The notes beneath the pieces are model-generated. The model ran no database searches. It saw only the letters and a program-made list of their open reading frames with translations, and was not told the origin of the DNA. From Bacteroidota bacterium (GTDB lineage: Bacteria; Bacteroidota; Bacteroidia; UKL13-3): 64,000 nt of DNA. The position numbers were made by a program, and so were the translations under genes. Numbering within the stretch: the stretch's first letter is position 1; every line of letters begins with the position of its first letter. Below, piece after piece: positions 35,470-44,620 of this stretch. The stretch is from assembly GCA_040388375.1 (NCBI GenBank), contig JAZKBU010000007.1, forward strand, positions 248,823-312,822. The letters are read 5' to 3'.

Positions 35470-37074
35470 TTATTTTTTAACAGGCACTAATTTAATAGCA
35501 AACAAACGGTTACTCGCAATGGAGTAATGGCCTGAACCGCTACCAAAAACATTTGGCAAGGTTGATAATATACCTCCATGTAAATAACCTACTACAGCAC
35601 CATCAGCATGTTTTTTAATAAAATCATCATACTTAATTACACCATTTTTATGCATCAATGCTTCATCTAAAGTCCATATAAATTCCGACTCCGAACCATT
35701 GAAAGCAGTAGAACCTGCAGGATAAACAGAACCCTTAATAGTATCTGATTTATTAACAACAGGAGGTAAATAATAAGGAACCTTGGTTAAAGGGAACGAA
35801 TCTGGTAACAAGTATTGTGCAAACTCATGTTTAGCATTAACTGCAAGCGTTGTAATCTGGTTAGAGAATGCAACGTGGTCAAACGGATTTTTTGTATTGA
35901 TAGGTGTTATTGGTGCATTTTTTTCATCCAGCAATATCGCCTTGCCTGTTGGCTTGCCATTGTATATAGCATTGGTCATACCACCTAATAAAGTCGCATA
36001 TGATTCTTTTTTCGACTCACTATGTACAGGCACTACCTGACAGGTATATACGTTTGAACGCATTACAAAATCTTCTTCTTTGGCTGCATCTTTGCTAATC
36101 CATACCGGTGAATCAAAATTGGTATTACCATTTTTAAATACACCTGCATAGTATATCATCATTTGCGAATTATCAGCAGGGTCTATCAATGCACTTAAGC
36201 TTCCATCGCGTCTGCGGTAATTTCCTGTAGATGAAGTATCCTGCTCTCCATCCCAACAAGTTTTGCAAACATCCACTTTACTTACTGTAAGTGTTTTGCC
36301 ATCATCTTTATAAGTATATTTACGTATCTCGTGCGTATATAAATCGCCTCCGCTAAATGAGAAATCCCAGCCAAATACCAGGTAAACTGTTTTATCAATA
36401 ATGTTTAACTCACCACCGGTAACAAGAAATGATGAATCAATGACCTGTCGGATTGAATTAGGTTTCATTTTCTCGCCTTTGCTTACTGCATTTACCAAAT
36501 CGCCCAAATCAATAGCGGTAAAATAAGGTAAAGTGATAGGTTGTTGGGTCGGGGCATTTGCATTTAACATTTTAGCGCCTTTTACAAATTCAAAACCACC
36601 GTCTACATTGTTCGGGTTTTTAAGTTTGGTTTCTTTGTTAGCACCCAATAATCCGCCTATAATATACAGTACATTATTTTCGGTAAAGAATTGCGCATTG
36701 TTAGCGGTGAATTGTTCTTTGTTTTTAAATTCAATTTTACTGCTATGCATACTATCAACAGTCCATGTAAGCGGATCGCCCCAGCTTTTGGTGTCAATTA
36801 CATAAATGTACTGGTTGGTACGCTTTTGTGAAAACTCGTACGGTTGCCCATGTAGTCCATTGGTACGGCCTCCTATCATAATTATCTTATCGCCATAAAC
36901 AGCATGAGAGTAAGAATGTAAAGCGGGTAATTTAGGATTAACAAACTCCTCTATCTGAACAGTATAAGGAGGTTCGGGTGTCTTGGAGTCGCCTCCGTTT
37001 GAGGTGGTTGTGGGGTTGTTGCAAGCAAAAATGGTGGTAAGTAATGCTCCAACATAAAGGGTAATTTTCTTCAT
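35470..37074 (-). CDS. Secreted lipoprotein-like beta-propeller (Kelch-like) protein
   Basis: Signal peptide with a Cys (LLTTIFACNNP) and repeated GG/Y/W blades (KIIMIGGRTNG; LYIIGGLLG). Confidence 0.5.
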   Translation of the reverse strand: MKKITLYVGALLTTIFACNNPTTTSNGGDSKTPEPPYTVQIEEFVNPKLPALHSYSHAVYGDKIIMIGGRTNGLHGQPYEFSQKRTNQYIYVIDTKSWGDPLTWTVDSMHSSKIEFKNKEQFTANNAQFFTENNVLYIIGGLLGANKETKLKNPNNVDGGFEFVKGAKMLNANAPTQQPITLPYFTAIDLGDLVNAVSKGEKMKPNSIRQVIDSSFLVTGGELNIIDKTVYLVFGWDFSFSGGDLYTHEIRKYTYKDDGKTLTVSKVDVCKTCWDGEQDTSSTGNYRRRDGSLSALIDPADNSQMMIYYAGVFKNGNTNFDSPVWISKDAAKEEDFVMRSNVYTCQVVPVHSESKKESYATLLGGMTNAIYNGKPTGKAILLDEKNAPITPINTKNPFDHVAFSNQITTLAVNAKHEFAQYLLPDSFPLTKVPYYLPPVVNKSDTIKGSVYPAGSTAFNGSESEFIWTLDEALMHKNGVIKYDDFIKKHADGAVVGYLHGGILSTLPNVFGSGSGHYSIASNRLFAIKLVPVKK

Positions 37075-37271
37075 AGTATTTTATGTTTTTAGGTAAAACA
37101 ATAATACTCTTTTATTTGAATTATCAAATTACCGCTTTGTTAACGATGAAGGACCATTGCAAGGCTTATAGTCCAATAGTTATCGGACTTCGCTTGAACT
37201 GACGACATGTATGTTGGGTTTAAAAGACGTTGCATGCAACGTCTCTACGCCTGTAATGGTTTTACAGGCAA

Positions 37272-38666
37272 CTATAATGATTGTAGAAACGCAATTAATG
37301 CTGTGCGGTCAGCTTTGCTTAGGTTTTTATAAGCCAATTTCGATTTTTCTGCCTCACCTCCATGCCATAAAATGGCTTCGCTTATGCTGCGTGCTCTGCC
37401 ATCGTGTAAAAAGTTGTTGTGTCCATTAACCGTTTTACTTAACCCAATACCCCAAAGCGGAGCTGTTCTCCACTCGTTACCGCTTGCTTTGTTGTCTTGC
37501 CTGTGGTCGCTTAAATCATCGCCCATATCGTGTAGCAACAAATCAGTATAAGGAAAAATATGTTGGTTTGATACCTCAGGATAAATCACATCCGTTTGTG
37601 TAGTGTAATACGATTTGTGGCAGGCATTACAACCTACTTTATTAAATATCATTTTGCCTTGTTTTACCTCAGGCTTGTCAACATCTCTTCTGCCCGGTAC
37701 AGCCAAGGTTTTAATATAATAAGCTACTGCAAATAATATACTATCGCTTAACTCTTGTTTTCCTTTTGAAAGTGCGTGTTGTGGCTGATCGATGCTGCTT
37801 TCTACCGGGAAAATAAAATTGGTAACACCCATGTCTTCATTGTAAGCCCCGGCTGATTGCTGAATAATAGACGGCATTCCTGCTTTCCAACCAAACCTGC
37901 CAATACTATATGTTTGGTTCATTACATCCCAAACCCAGTTTACTTTGCCCGAAATACCATCCTGGTTTAAGTCCATTTCATCAGCCTGCTTTTGTATATC
38001 GGCAGCACTAATGGCTTCCAATAAACCTAAACCGAATATGGGCGAAGCCATACGGGCTGAAACCAATACATTGGCCGGTAATGCAGTATAAGTATTGGTT
38101 AAAGTATAAACAGGTTTTCTTAACTGGTAAGTTTCGCCATCAGCATAAGCACCGTTAACGGTTGTGTATTGCACATCAACATTGGCTTCAACCTGTGCAC
38201 CTAAAATAGCTCTTGGTTGTAGCTGTCCGCCAAACATAGGTGCGCCCATTGGCCCACCATGCGGATTGGTTCCTTCTATACTTAAACGCAGTAATAAGGA
38301 ATTTAAATTTTCACCTGCTTCCGGTGCTTTTCCGCGCCCATCGCCTACATGGCATGAAGCGCACGAAACATTATTGTATAAAGGACCCAAACCATAGTTT
38401 AATTGGTTTGGGTCACTGTTAAATACGGCTTCAAAACCAGCATCACCCATTCCATGCAAAATACTTTTGTAGATAGGAAGCCCATTAAACTCTTGGCTAT
38501 AGGCACCCGAACCACTGTTAAAAGCAGTTTGCACACCTCCTGAATACCATTCGTTTAATTCATCTTCGGTTAACGCCACGGCTTTTTTACAGGCCGAAAA
38601 AAAGTTGGTTAATCCTACTGATAAACTGACTAGTCCTATTACAATAAATAACTTCTTATGGGTCAT
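37272..38666 (-). CDS. Di-heme cytochrome c peroxidase-like / thiol oxidoreductase (DUF1111-type), imelysin-associated
   Basis: Two CxxCH heme motifs (CASCHVGDGRG and CNACHKS). Confidence 0.75.
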   Translation of the reverse strand: MTHKKLFIVIGLVSLSVGLTNFFSACKKAVALTEDELNEWYSGGVQTAFNSGSGAYSQEFNGLPIYKSILHGMGDAGFEAVFNSDPNQLNYGLGPLYNNVSCASCHVGDGRGKAPEAGENLNSLLLRLSIEGTNPHGGPMGAPMFGGQLQPRAILGAQVEANVDVQYTTVNGAYADGETYQLRKPVYTLTNTYTALPANVLVSARMASPIFGLGLLEAISAADIQKQADEMDLNQDGISGKVNWVWDVMNQTYSIGRFGWKAGMPSIIQQSAGAYNEDMGVTNFIFPVESSIDQPQHALSKGKQELSDSILFAVAYYIKTLAVPGRRDVDKPEVKQGKMIFNKVGCNACHKSYYTTQTDVIYPEVSNQHIFPYTDLLLHDMGDDLSDHRQDNKASGNEWRTAPLWGIGLSKTVNGHNNFLHDGRARSISEAILWHGGEAEKSKLAYKNLSKADRTALIAFLQSL

Positions 38667-38686
38667 TTGCTATCTTTTTATGCTAA

Positions 38687-39760
38687 TTAGTTAGTGTGTA
38701 ATTTCACTAAATCCATTAAATCTTCTTCTATTACTCCATGCAATGCACCAATCGCATCAATTGCATTTTGTACTTGAGTTGGTTGTTCTGAAATAGCTTT
38801 ACCAAAAGGTACTGTAACATTTCCTAAAGCTGTTTTTGCAGCAGCAATGTGTTGTTTTATTTTAACGTCAAGCGATAGGCTATAAAAACGTACAAAATCT
38901 TCCATTCCTTTATCGTTACCGTTACCATAAGTACCTAAGTACATGTTTTCAACACTCTTAATATTGTTGGTAAAGTCAACCATTGAGTTTTTAGCAAATG
39001 GCGACTCTTCTAAACTTGCATCTTGTTTGGTAAATGGTTCTGACATTTTACCGTCAGCTACCTCTTCGCATATTTCAAACATAGCAGTTACAACTTGCTC
39101 GTATACTTCGCGTTGGTTTTTGTAAACACCGTTTGCGCTTGGATTGTTAAAATCAACACTGAAACCTGCAGCCCAACCGGTAGTAATACTGTTTGATAAT
39201 GTTTTTAAGTTTTCAGCCAATGCCAACAAATAATCTTTTTGTTTGCCGGTAAAATCACTTGCTTTTTTATCGCCATTTTGGCCAAATAGTAAGTACTCAA
39301 TCGGGTGGAAACCTCTTAATGCATCTTCCAATGTTTCAATATAAGCTGATGAGAAAGTGCTGTTGCTGGTTAAAACCGAATCCAACGACTGGTAATTAAC
39401 CGGCCATGTATCAATACGAGGGTCAACATTTTCAGTAGCAACCGGTCCGAATAAAAAACCTTCTGATTGCTCCCATGCAGCACGCATAGTATACCAGCTG
39501 GTTCTGCATTTTACTAAATTAGCGTCAGTTCCATCAGCAATAAAAAGTTGAATATTGGTATATAATGAAACAGCTTCCTTATTCATGTCGGCATAAGTAG
39601 GTAGTATAACATTAGCGCTTAAGCTTGTTATAACGGAGCTTTTCATGGTAGCTTCTGTTACTGAGTTACCTGTAGCTGTTGACGAATCTTTACTACAAGC
39701 ACCTAATGTAAGAGCAATTGCTCCTGCACCGATTAAAAATAATTGATTAAATGATTTCAT
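38687..39760 (-). CDS. Imelysin-family (peptidase M75-like) lipoprotein
   Basis: Lipobox (LGACSKD) and an imelysin GxHxxE-like motif (GFHPIEYLLFG). Confidence 0.7.
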   Translation of the reverse strand: MKSFNQLFLIGAGAIALTLGACSKDSSTATGNSVTEATMKSSVITSLSANVILPTYADMNKEAVSLYTNIQLFIADGTDANLVKCRTSWYTMRAAWEQSEGFLFGPVATENVDPRIDTWPVNYQSLDSVLTSNSTFSSAYIETLEDALRGFHPIEYLLFGQNGDKKASDFTGKQKDYLLALAENLKTLSNSITTGWAAGFSVDFNNPSANGVYKNQREVYEQVVTAMFEICEEVADGKMSEPFTKQDASLEESPFAKNSMVDFTNNIKSVENMYLGTYGNGNDKGMEDFVRFYSLSLDVKIKQHIAAAKTALGNVTVPFGKAISEQPTQVQNAIDAIGALHGVIEEDLMDLVKLHTN

Positions 39761-39770
39761 GTTTTATTTT

Positions 39771-40190
39771 TTATAGGGTTATTATTATTTGATTGTTTTC
39801 TACACGTGTTTTAAATTGTTGCAAGGGCTCAATAGCAGGTTCTTTTTGCACATTGCCATCTAAATCAAAACTGCTGCCATGCGCTACGCAGAATAGACCT
39901 GTTTCCGTAGCTGATAGTATCTGATCCTGATGTGAACATTTCATGTATAAAGCTTTGTATTCTTCTTCTGTTTTTTTAACCAATAAAATATCAAAACTCA
40001 TCCACGGTGCACTTACCACTAATACCTTTGACTGCATAAACTGGCTCACAGGTACGCTTATTTCTTTGCCTTTTGTTGCTTTATAAGTAGGTAAACTCTG
40101 GCACGACTCTAACATCGTTAGTATACTACCCCCCAGCAAAAGGCCTCCACAGGCTAAGCACGATTGTTTGATGAAATTTCGTCTTTGCAT
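39771..40190 (-). CDS. Rieske [2Fe-2S] domain protein with a Tat-like signal
   Basis: RRNFIKQ twin-Arg motif. Rieske boxes CSHQ...(17 aa)...CVAHGS. Confidence 0.6.
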   Translation of the reverse strand: MQRRNFIKQSCLACGGLLLGGSILTMLESCQSLPTYKATKGKEISVPVSQFMQSKVLVVSAPWMSFDILLVKKTEEEYKALYMKCSHQDQILSATETGLFCVAHGSSFDLDGNVQKEPAIEPLQQFKTRVENNQIIITL

Positions 40191-40203
40191 GTGTTACAAT
40201 TGA

Positions 40204-41418
40204 TTAAAAACTATAACCAAAACCTACGTTAATCTGATGATTACTTTTATAAAACGGCAACTGCGTGGCGTAAGGATTTACCACATACAACTGCGTGTTA
40301 TAATTACCTGTTTCACTATAAATATAATCGGCTTTAAATACGATACCTCTTACCGGTTGGTAAGTAATACCACTTACCCAATATTGTTTTTCCTGAAAAT
40401 TATCTTTTACTCCGTTTTCAGGTAATTTATTGTTTAGGTTCATGTATTCGTAACGACTAAATACTGACAGGTTTTTCTCCGTTTTCGGATTGAAATAATA
40501 CAATACATTGTAAGCAGCCTCTACGTAAGAGCCCACCATTTGCGAAGGTGTATTAGATGCATAAGCCCTGTTTATTTTATCAGCGTCATATATATCAACT
40601 ACGGTAGTCAATGCTTTTACACTTATTCCTTTATTGTGGTACTGTATGTTTGATTCTAACAATGAAATGGGGGTACCAAAAGCACCGTGGTCTAATTGCA
40701 AGCTATCTGATTCGCGTTTCGATAAACCGTTGGCTCCACCGTAATAACCCGAAACCTGAAACCTGAAATTGTGGAAATAATATAATAAAGCACCCGTTAC
40801 AGCTACATTACCTGCTGTTGCCTGGCTGCCTTCAAACCTGCCTTCTCTAATACCCGAACCAAATGAAAAACCTTGTGCATTTAAGCCGTTTATAACCGCT
40901 ACTGAATAGTTTAAGCCGGGTATGCTACGTGTTTGCCCATATAAGCCAATTCCTATTTCGCGCCACGTTGATGGGATAATTAATTGCTCTACAAAAGGCC
41001 TGTCGTTACCATTAAAAGTAGTAGGTAAATGGTTTTCGTTAATAGTACCTATTCGTGGAATAAACAAACCCGTAACCAAATACATATTGCGGTTCAGGTT
41101 GGTTTTAAGGAAAAGCTGCTCTAGTGATATTTCGCCAGATGCACCATTGGCTACTTTGGCATTTTCCAATTCTGTTTCGCTAAAAAAGCCAAATTGATCG
41201 TTGAATTTATGACCAAAAAACATAACGTTTCTGGTTATATTAGCCTCGCCTGTTCCAAAACGTAAATCATAAGCTACTTTGGCTTGTCCGTAGCCCGAAA
41301 TAACGGTAGCATTGGTACCGGGAGTCAGGCCTGCGTTTAATGAATCTTCTTTGGTAATTATTTGAGCATTAGCCACAAAACAGCTAATTGCTACTATAAA
41401 TAATAGTAGGTTTTTCAT
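40204..41418 (-). CDS. Outer-membrane beta-barrel protein (porin-like)
   Basis: Signal peptide, alternating amphipathic beta strands, and a C-terminal aromatic residue (GFGYSF). Confidence 0.5.
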   Translation of the reverse strand: MKNLLLFIVAISCFVANAQIITKEDSLNAGLTPGTNATVISGYGQAKVAYDLRFGTGEANITRNVMFFGHKFNDQFGFFSETELENAKVANGASGEISLEQLFLKTNLNRNMYLVTGLFIPRIGTINENHLPTTFNGNDRPFVEQLIIPSTWREIGIGLYGQTRSIPGLNYSVAVINGLNAQGFSFGSGIREGRFEGSQATAGNVAVTGALLYYFHNFRFQVSGYYGGANGLSKRESDSLQLDHGAFGTPISLLESNIQYHNKGISVKALTTVVDIYDADKINRAYASNTPSQMVGSYVEAAYNVLYYFNPKTEKNLSVFSRYEYMNLNNKLPENGVKDNFQEKQYWVSGITYQPVRGIVFKADYIYSETGNYNTQLYVVNPYATQLPFYKSNHQINVGFGYSF

Positions 41419-41586
41419 GCTGCAAATATGTTTATTTTTAATTAGTCTAAATAAGAATAATCCTAATATTTGTCAGAAAAATGAATGATGCTCGTCTGCT
41501 TTATGAAAATGCTTGATTTTAAAGGCTATTCGGCCATTTGTAAAATTAATAATAACAATAATTTAACGTATTGCAGCAATGCTTTT

Positions 41587-41946
41587 TTAAGAATGGTAAA
41601 CTCTTGAAGCCACTATTTTACCCTCTTTTATAACCAATACCTCACCTACTCTCAAATCCTCTTCCCCGGGCGTTTGGCGAATGTATTCCATAAAAACCTG
41701 TTCGTCATCGGCAGTTAGTTTTATAACGTGGTAATACAATTCCGGAAGCCTCTCAAAAGCATCAGTCCACCATGCCCGCAGTGTTTCCTTTCCTTTTATT
41801 AAGCCATTGGTTTCCGGTTGACGCACTTTCAATTTAGGGCTATAATGCTCGGCTTCGTCACTATACAAAGCCAATAGTGCTTCTATATTATGGGTATTGA
41901 AAGCATGAAACCAAGCCAGCGCAATTTCTTTTAAATCAATGGGCAT
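41587..41946 (-). CDS. SnoaL/NTF2-like (ketosteroid isomerase-like) protein
   Basis: WFHAFNTHNIEALLALYSDEAEHYSP matches an NTF2-like fold start. Confidence 0.55.
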   Translation of the reverse strand: MPIDLKEIALAWFHAFNTHNIEALLALYSDEAEHYSPKLKVRQPETNGLIKGKETLRAWWTDAFERLPELYYHVIKLTADDEQVFMEYIRQTPGEEDLRVGEVLVIKEGKIVASRVYHS

Positions 41947-41974
41947 ATTGTGGGTTTTTAAGTAAATGATTAAA

Positions 41975-42005
41975 TAAAAAAAGCACGTTAACCGTGCTTT
42001 TTCTT
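41975..42005 (-). terminator. Intrinsic terminator after gldC
   Basis: agcacg-ttaac-cgtgct stem extended by A/T pairs. On the minus strand it is followed by a ttttttatttta tract. Confidence 0.65.
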
Positions 42006-42011
42006 TCTTTA

Positions 42012-42356
42012 TTAATGTTGGTGGTCTGGACCAAATATATCTGTTTTATGACCAAAATGATGGGCAAATTCTCTTATCTCGTCAGCTATTTCTTTGTTAT
42101 TGGTAGCACGCTCGTAAGTATCGCCTAAGGTTGATAAGGTTTGAAACATAAATAAATTCATTTCATCTACTTGCATTTCATTCGTCCAAAGGTCAATACG
42201 CATAGCATTTTGTTGTAAGCCATCAAACAACGAAAGCAATACCGCTTTAGCAGGTTGTTGCCCGTCAAAATCAGCATCATCAGCATCCCATTTAATCATG
42301 GTAGGCATGTTTTCTGCATCTATTTCTACATCTATTCTTATTTGCGATTTTTTCAT
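42012..42356 (-). CDS. gldC: Gliding motility protein GldC
   Basis: Sequence closely resembles Bacteroidetes GldC (IRIDVEIDAENMPTMIKWDADDA...MRIDLWTNEMQVDEMNLFMFQTL). Confidence 0.7.
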   Translation of the reverse strand: MKKSQIRIDVEIDAENMPTMIKWDADDADFDGQQPAKAVLLSLFDGLQQNAMRIDLWTNEMQVDEMNLFMFQTLSTLGDTYERATNNKEIADEIREFAHHFGHKTDIFGPDHQH

Positions 42357-42461
42357 TTTTTATAGTTAATATGTTGATTGGTTAATTTTAGGTTGAATTG
42401 TTAATTGCTTGAGTCATTTTCTTAAATCAAAAATCATAACTCAGCAATCACAAATCAAATA

Positions 42462-43823
42462 TTAGCTGATTGCTTCTATCAAATCCTGTTTGGTTATAAT
42501 ATGTACCTGGTTCATTAAGTCTTTTACCAATACGGCTGCATTGTCTTTGGTAATCATACGCGATACATCTTCCATACTGCTTTGTGGGTTCACGAATGGA
42601 AATGGCGCACTCATTACTTCACTTACCAGTTTTTGTTTTAGTTCATGGTTTTCCAACAACATGCTAAACAAGGCCGCATCGTTTAAAGAACCTACAAACT
42701 CACCTGCTTCATTGGTAACCGGCAATTGAGAAATAAAGAATTTTTTCATCATTTGTACAGCCACGCCAACCGTATCAGTTGTTTTAGCAGTTACTAACTT
42801 TTGGTGTTTGTGGGTTTCTATTAAATTAATGGCTTTGGTTTGTTCGCTTAATAAAAAGCCTCTGTCACGCATCCAGTCATCGTTAAACATTTTACCTAAA
42901 TAACGGGTTCCGTGGTCATGGAAAATAACCACTACCACATCGTCCTTGGTAAACATGTCTTTCATTTGTAATATACCTGCTAAGGCTGAACCTGCTGAAT
43001 TACCTACAAAAATCCCTTCTTCGCGGGGAATTCTACGGGTCATCATGGCTGCATCTTTATCAGTTACTTTTTCAAAATGGTCAATTAAATCAAAATTTAC
43101 ATTGGCAGGTAAAAAGTCTTCACCTATACCTTCGGTTATGTATGGATAAATTTCATTCTTATCAAAAATACCTGTTTCCTTATATTTTTTAAATACCGAA
43201 CCATAAGTATCAATACCCAATACTTTCACATTCGGGTTTTGTTCTTTTAAATATTTACCTGTTCCGCAAATGGTTCCACCTGTTCCCACACCTACTACCA
43301 AATGGGTAATTTTACCTTCGGTTTGTTCCCAAATTTCAGGGCCAGTTTGCTCGTAATGGGCTAATGAATTAGAAAGATTATCGTATTGGTTGGGTTTCCA
43401 TGAATTGGGAACCTCGTTTATCAACCTGCTCGATACGGAGTAATAAGAACGGGGATCTTCCGGTTCTACATCGGTTGGGCAAACAATTACTTCTGCTCCA
43501 AATGCTTTTAAAGCATCTACTTTTTCTTTGCTTTGTTTATCGGTTGTAGTAAAAATACATTTATACCCTTTTATAACGGCAGCTATGGCTAAGCCCATAC
43601 CCGTGTTTCCACTGGTTCCTTCTATAATAGTTCCGCCCGGTTTTAAACGACCATCGCGTTCGGCATCTTCTATCATTTTCAATGCCATTCTATCTTTTAT
43701 ACTGTTTCCCGGATTACCCGTTTCTATTTTGGCTAATACGGTACAAGGAAGGTCTTTTACTATACTATTTAGCTTTACCAAAGGCGTATTACCAATGGTT
43801 TCTAAAACATTGTTTTTCCACAT
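42462..43823 (-). CDS. Cystathionine beta-synthase (PLP-dependent; tandem CBS domains)
   Basis: PLP Lys region (GNSIKDR), a Gly-rich loop (GTSGNTG) and two C-terminal CBS motifs. Start taken at the internal MWKNNVL. Confidence 0.85.
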   Translation of the reverse strand: MWKNNVLETIGNTPLVKLNSIVKDLPCTVLAKIETGNPGNSIKDRMALKMIEDAERDGRLKPGGTIIEGTSGNTGMGLAIAAVIKGYKCIFTTTDKQSKEKVDALKAFGAEVIVCPTDVEPEDPRSYYSVSSRLINEVPNSWKPNQYDNLSNSLAHYEQTGPEIWEQTEGKITHLVVGVGTGGTICGTGKYLKEQNPNVKVLGIDTYGSVFKKYKETGIFDKNEIYPYITEGIGEDFLPANVNFDLIDHFEKVTDKDAAMMTRRIPREEGIFVGNSAGSALAGILQMKDMFTKDDVVVVIFHDHGTRYLGKMFNDDWMRDRGFLLSEQTKAINLIETHKHQKLVTAKTTDTVGVAVQMMKKFFISQLPVTNEAGEFVGSLNDAALFSMLLENHELKQKLVSEVMSAPFPFVNPQSSMEDVSRMITKDNAAVLVKDLMNQVHIITKQDLIEAIS

Positions 43824-43939
43824 GGCGGCAAACTTAGCAATACTATACTTGAATACAAAAAGAAAAGATAACATTCTGCTACAGGTTGAAACCCATAGCC
43901 ATTGATTGGTTTTGTTTATTTGGTGGATTTTCTGTTCCC

Positions 43940-43962
43940 TCCAGATTTATCTGGAGGGTAGA
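43940..43962. repeat. REP-like hairpin ccctccagat-ttatc-tggaggg flanking the RAYT transposase gene
   Basis: 7-bp perfect inverted repeat immediately downstream of the transposase. Confidence 0.5.
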
Positions 43963-43993
43963 ATTTTTGCATATAAATAAGGCTTTAGCCAAA

Positions 43994-44464
43994 TTACTCG
44001 TCTTTGATGATTTCAAAACCATATTTATCTATCATTTCCTTATATTCATCTTGGAAAACGGTTTTTCTATGGTGTTGTTCTTGCTTTTTAATATAGGCCC
44101 TTACTTTATCTAACATAGACAATGAAACAGAGGTAGCAAAATATTCATCTTGCCATTCAAATTTTTGTATTCCATCATTAATGGTATTGGGTAAATCAAA
44201 CAATAATCCTTGTTTATTAATCCAAAAAGAAGACTCTCCTTTTATTAGCTGCATTACTTTTTGTATTGTTTGGTCAACACTTAATGATACCAAACAATGG
44301 CAATGGTCTGAATAGCCACTGATATGGTCTATAAAAATGCCTTTTTCTTTTGCATTCTCTTTTATGTGATTCCAAACTTTTACCCTGAGTTCTTTTGAAT
44401 GTAGAAAAGGAATTCTGTTTTTGGTACTCCAAACAAAATGAATATATACTTTTACAAAAGGCAT
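43994..44464 (-). CDS. IS200/IS605-like HuH tyrosine transposase of the REP-associated (RAYT) type
   Basis: 156 aa. HuH motif DHCHCLV, and a conserved tyrosine near the C-terminus (VRAYIKKQEQHH) that is a plausible catalytic Tyr candidate; the exact position is unassigned. Flanked by hairpins at about 43940-43962 and 44490-44612. Confidence 0.75.
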   Translation of the reverse strand: MPFVKVYIHFVWSTKNRIPFLHSKELRVKVWNHIKENAKEKGIFIDHISGYSDHCHCLVSLSVDQTIQKVMQLIKGESSFWINKQGLLFDLPNTINDGIQKFEWQDEYFATSVSLSMLDKVRAYIKKQEQHHRKTVFQDEYKEMIDKYGFEIIKDE

Positions 44465-44489
44465 TGATATAATTGATTTATTGATGACA

Positions 44490-44612
44490 TAAAATCATTT
44501 TATCCATTGGGTTAAAACCCTTTAACAATGATTTCTGCCTTTACGAAATAAATATATTTCTATTTTAATTCAATGAATTAAAACCATCTTTTCCGATGGG
44601 TTGAAACCCATC
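44490..44612. repeat. Pair of related hairpins upstream of the RAYT gene (ccattgggtt-aaa-accc... and gatgggtt-gaa-acccatc)
   Basis: Two copies of a GGGTT-N3-AACCC-type palindrome about 75 bp apart, next to the transposase start. Confidence 0.5.
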
Positions 44613-44620
44613 GCTATTGA

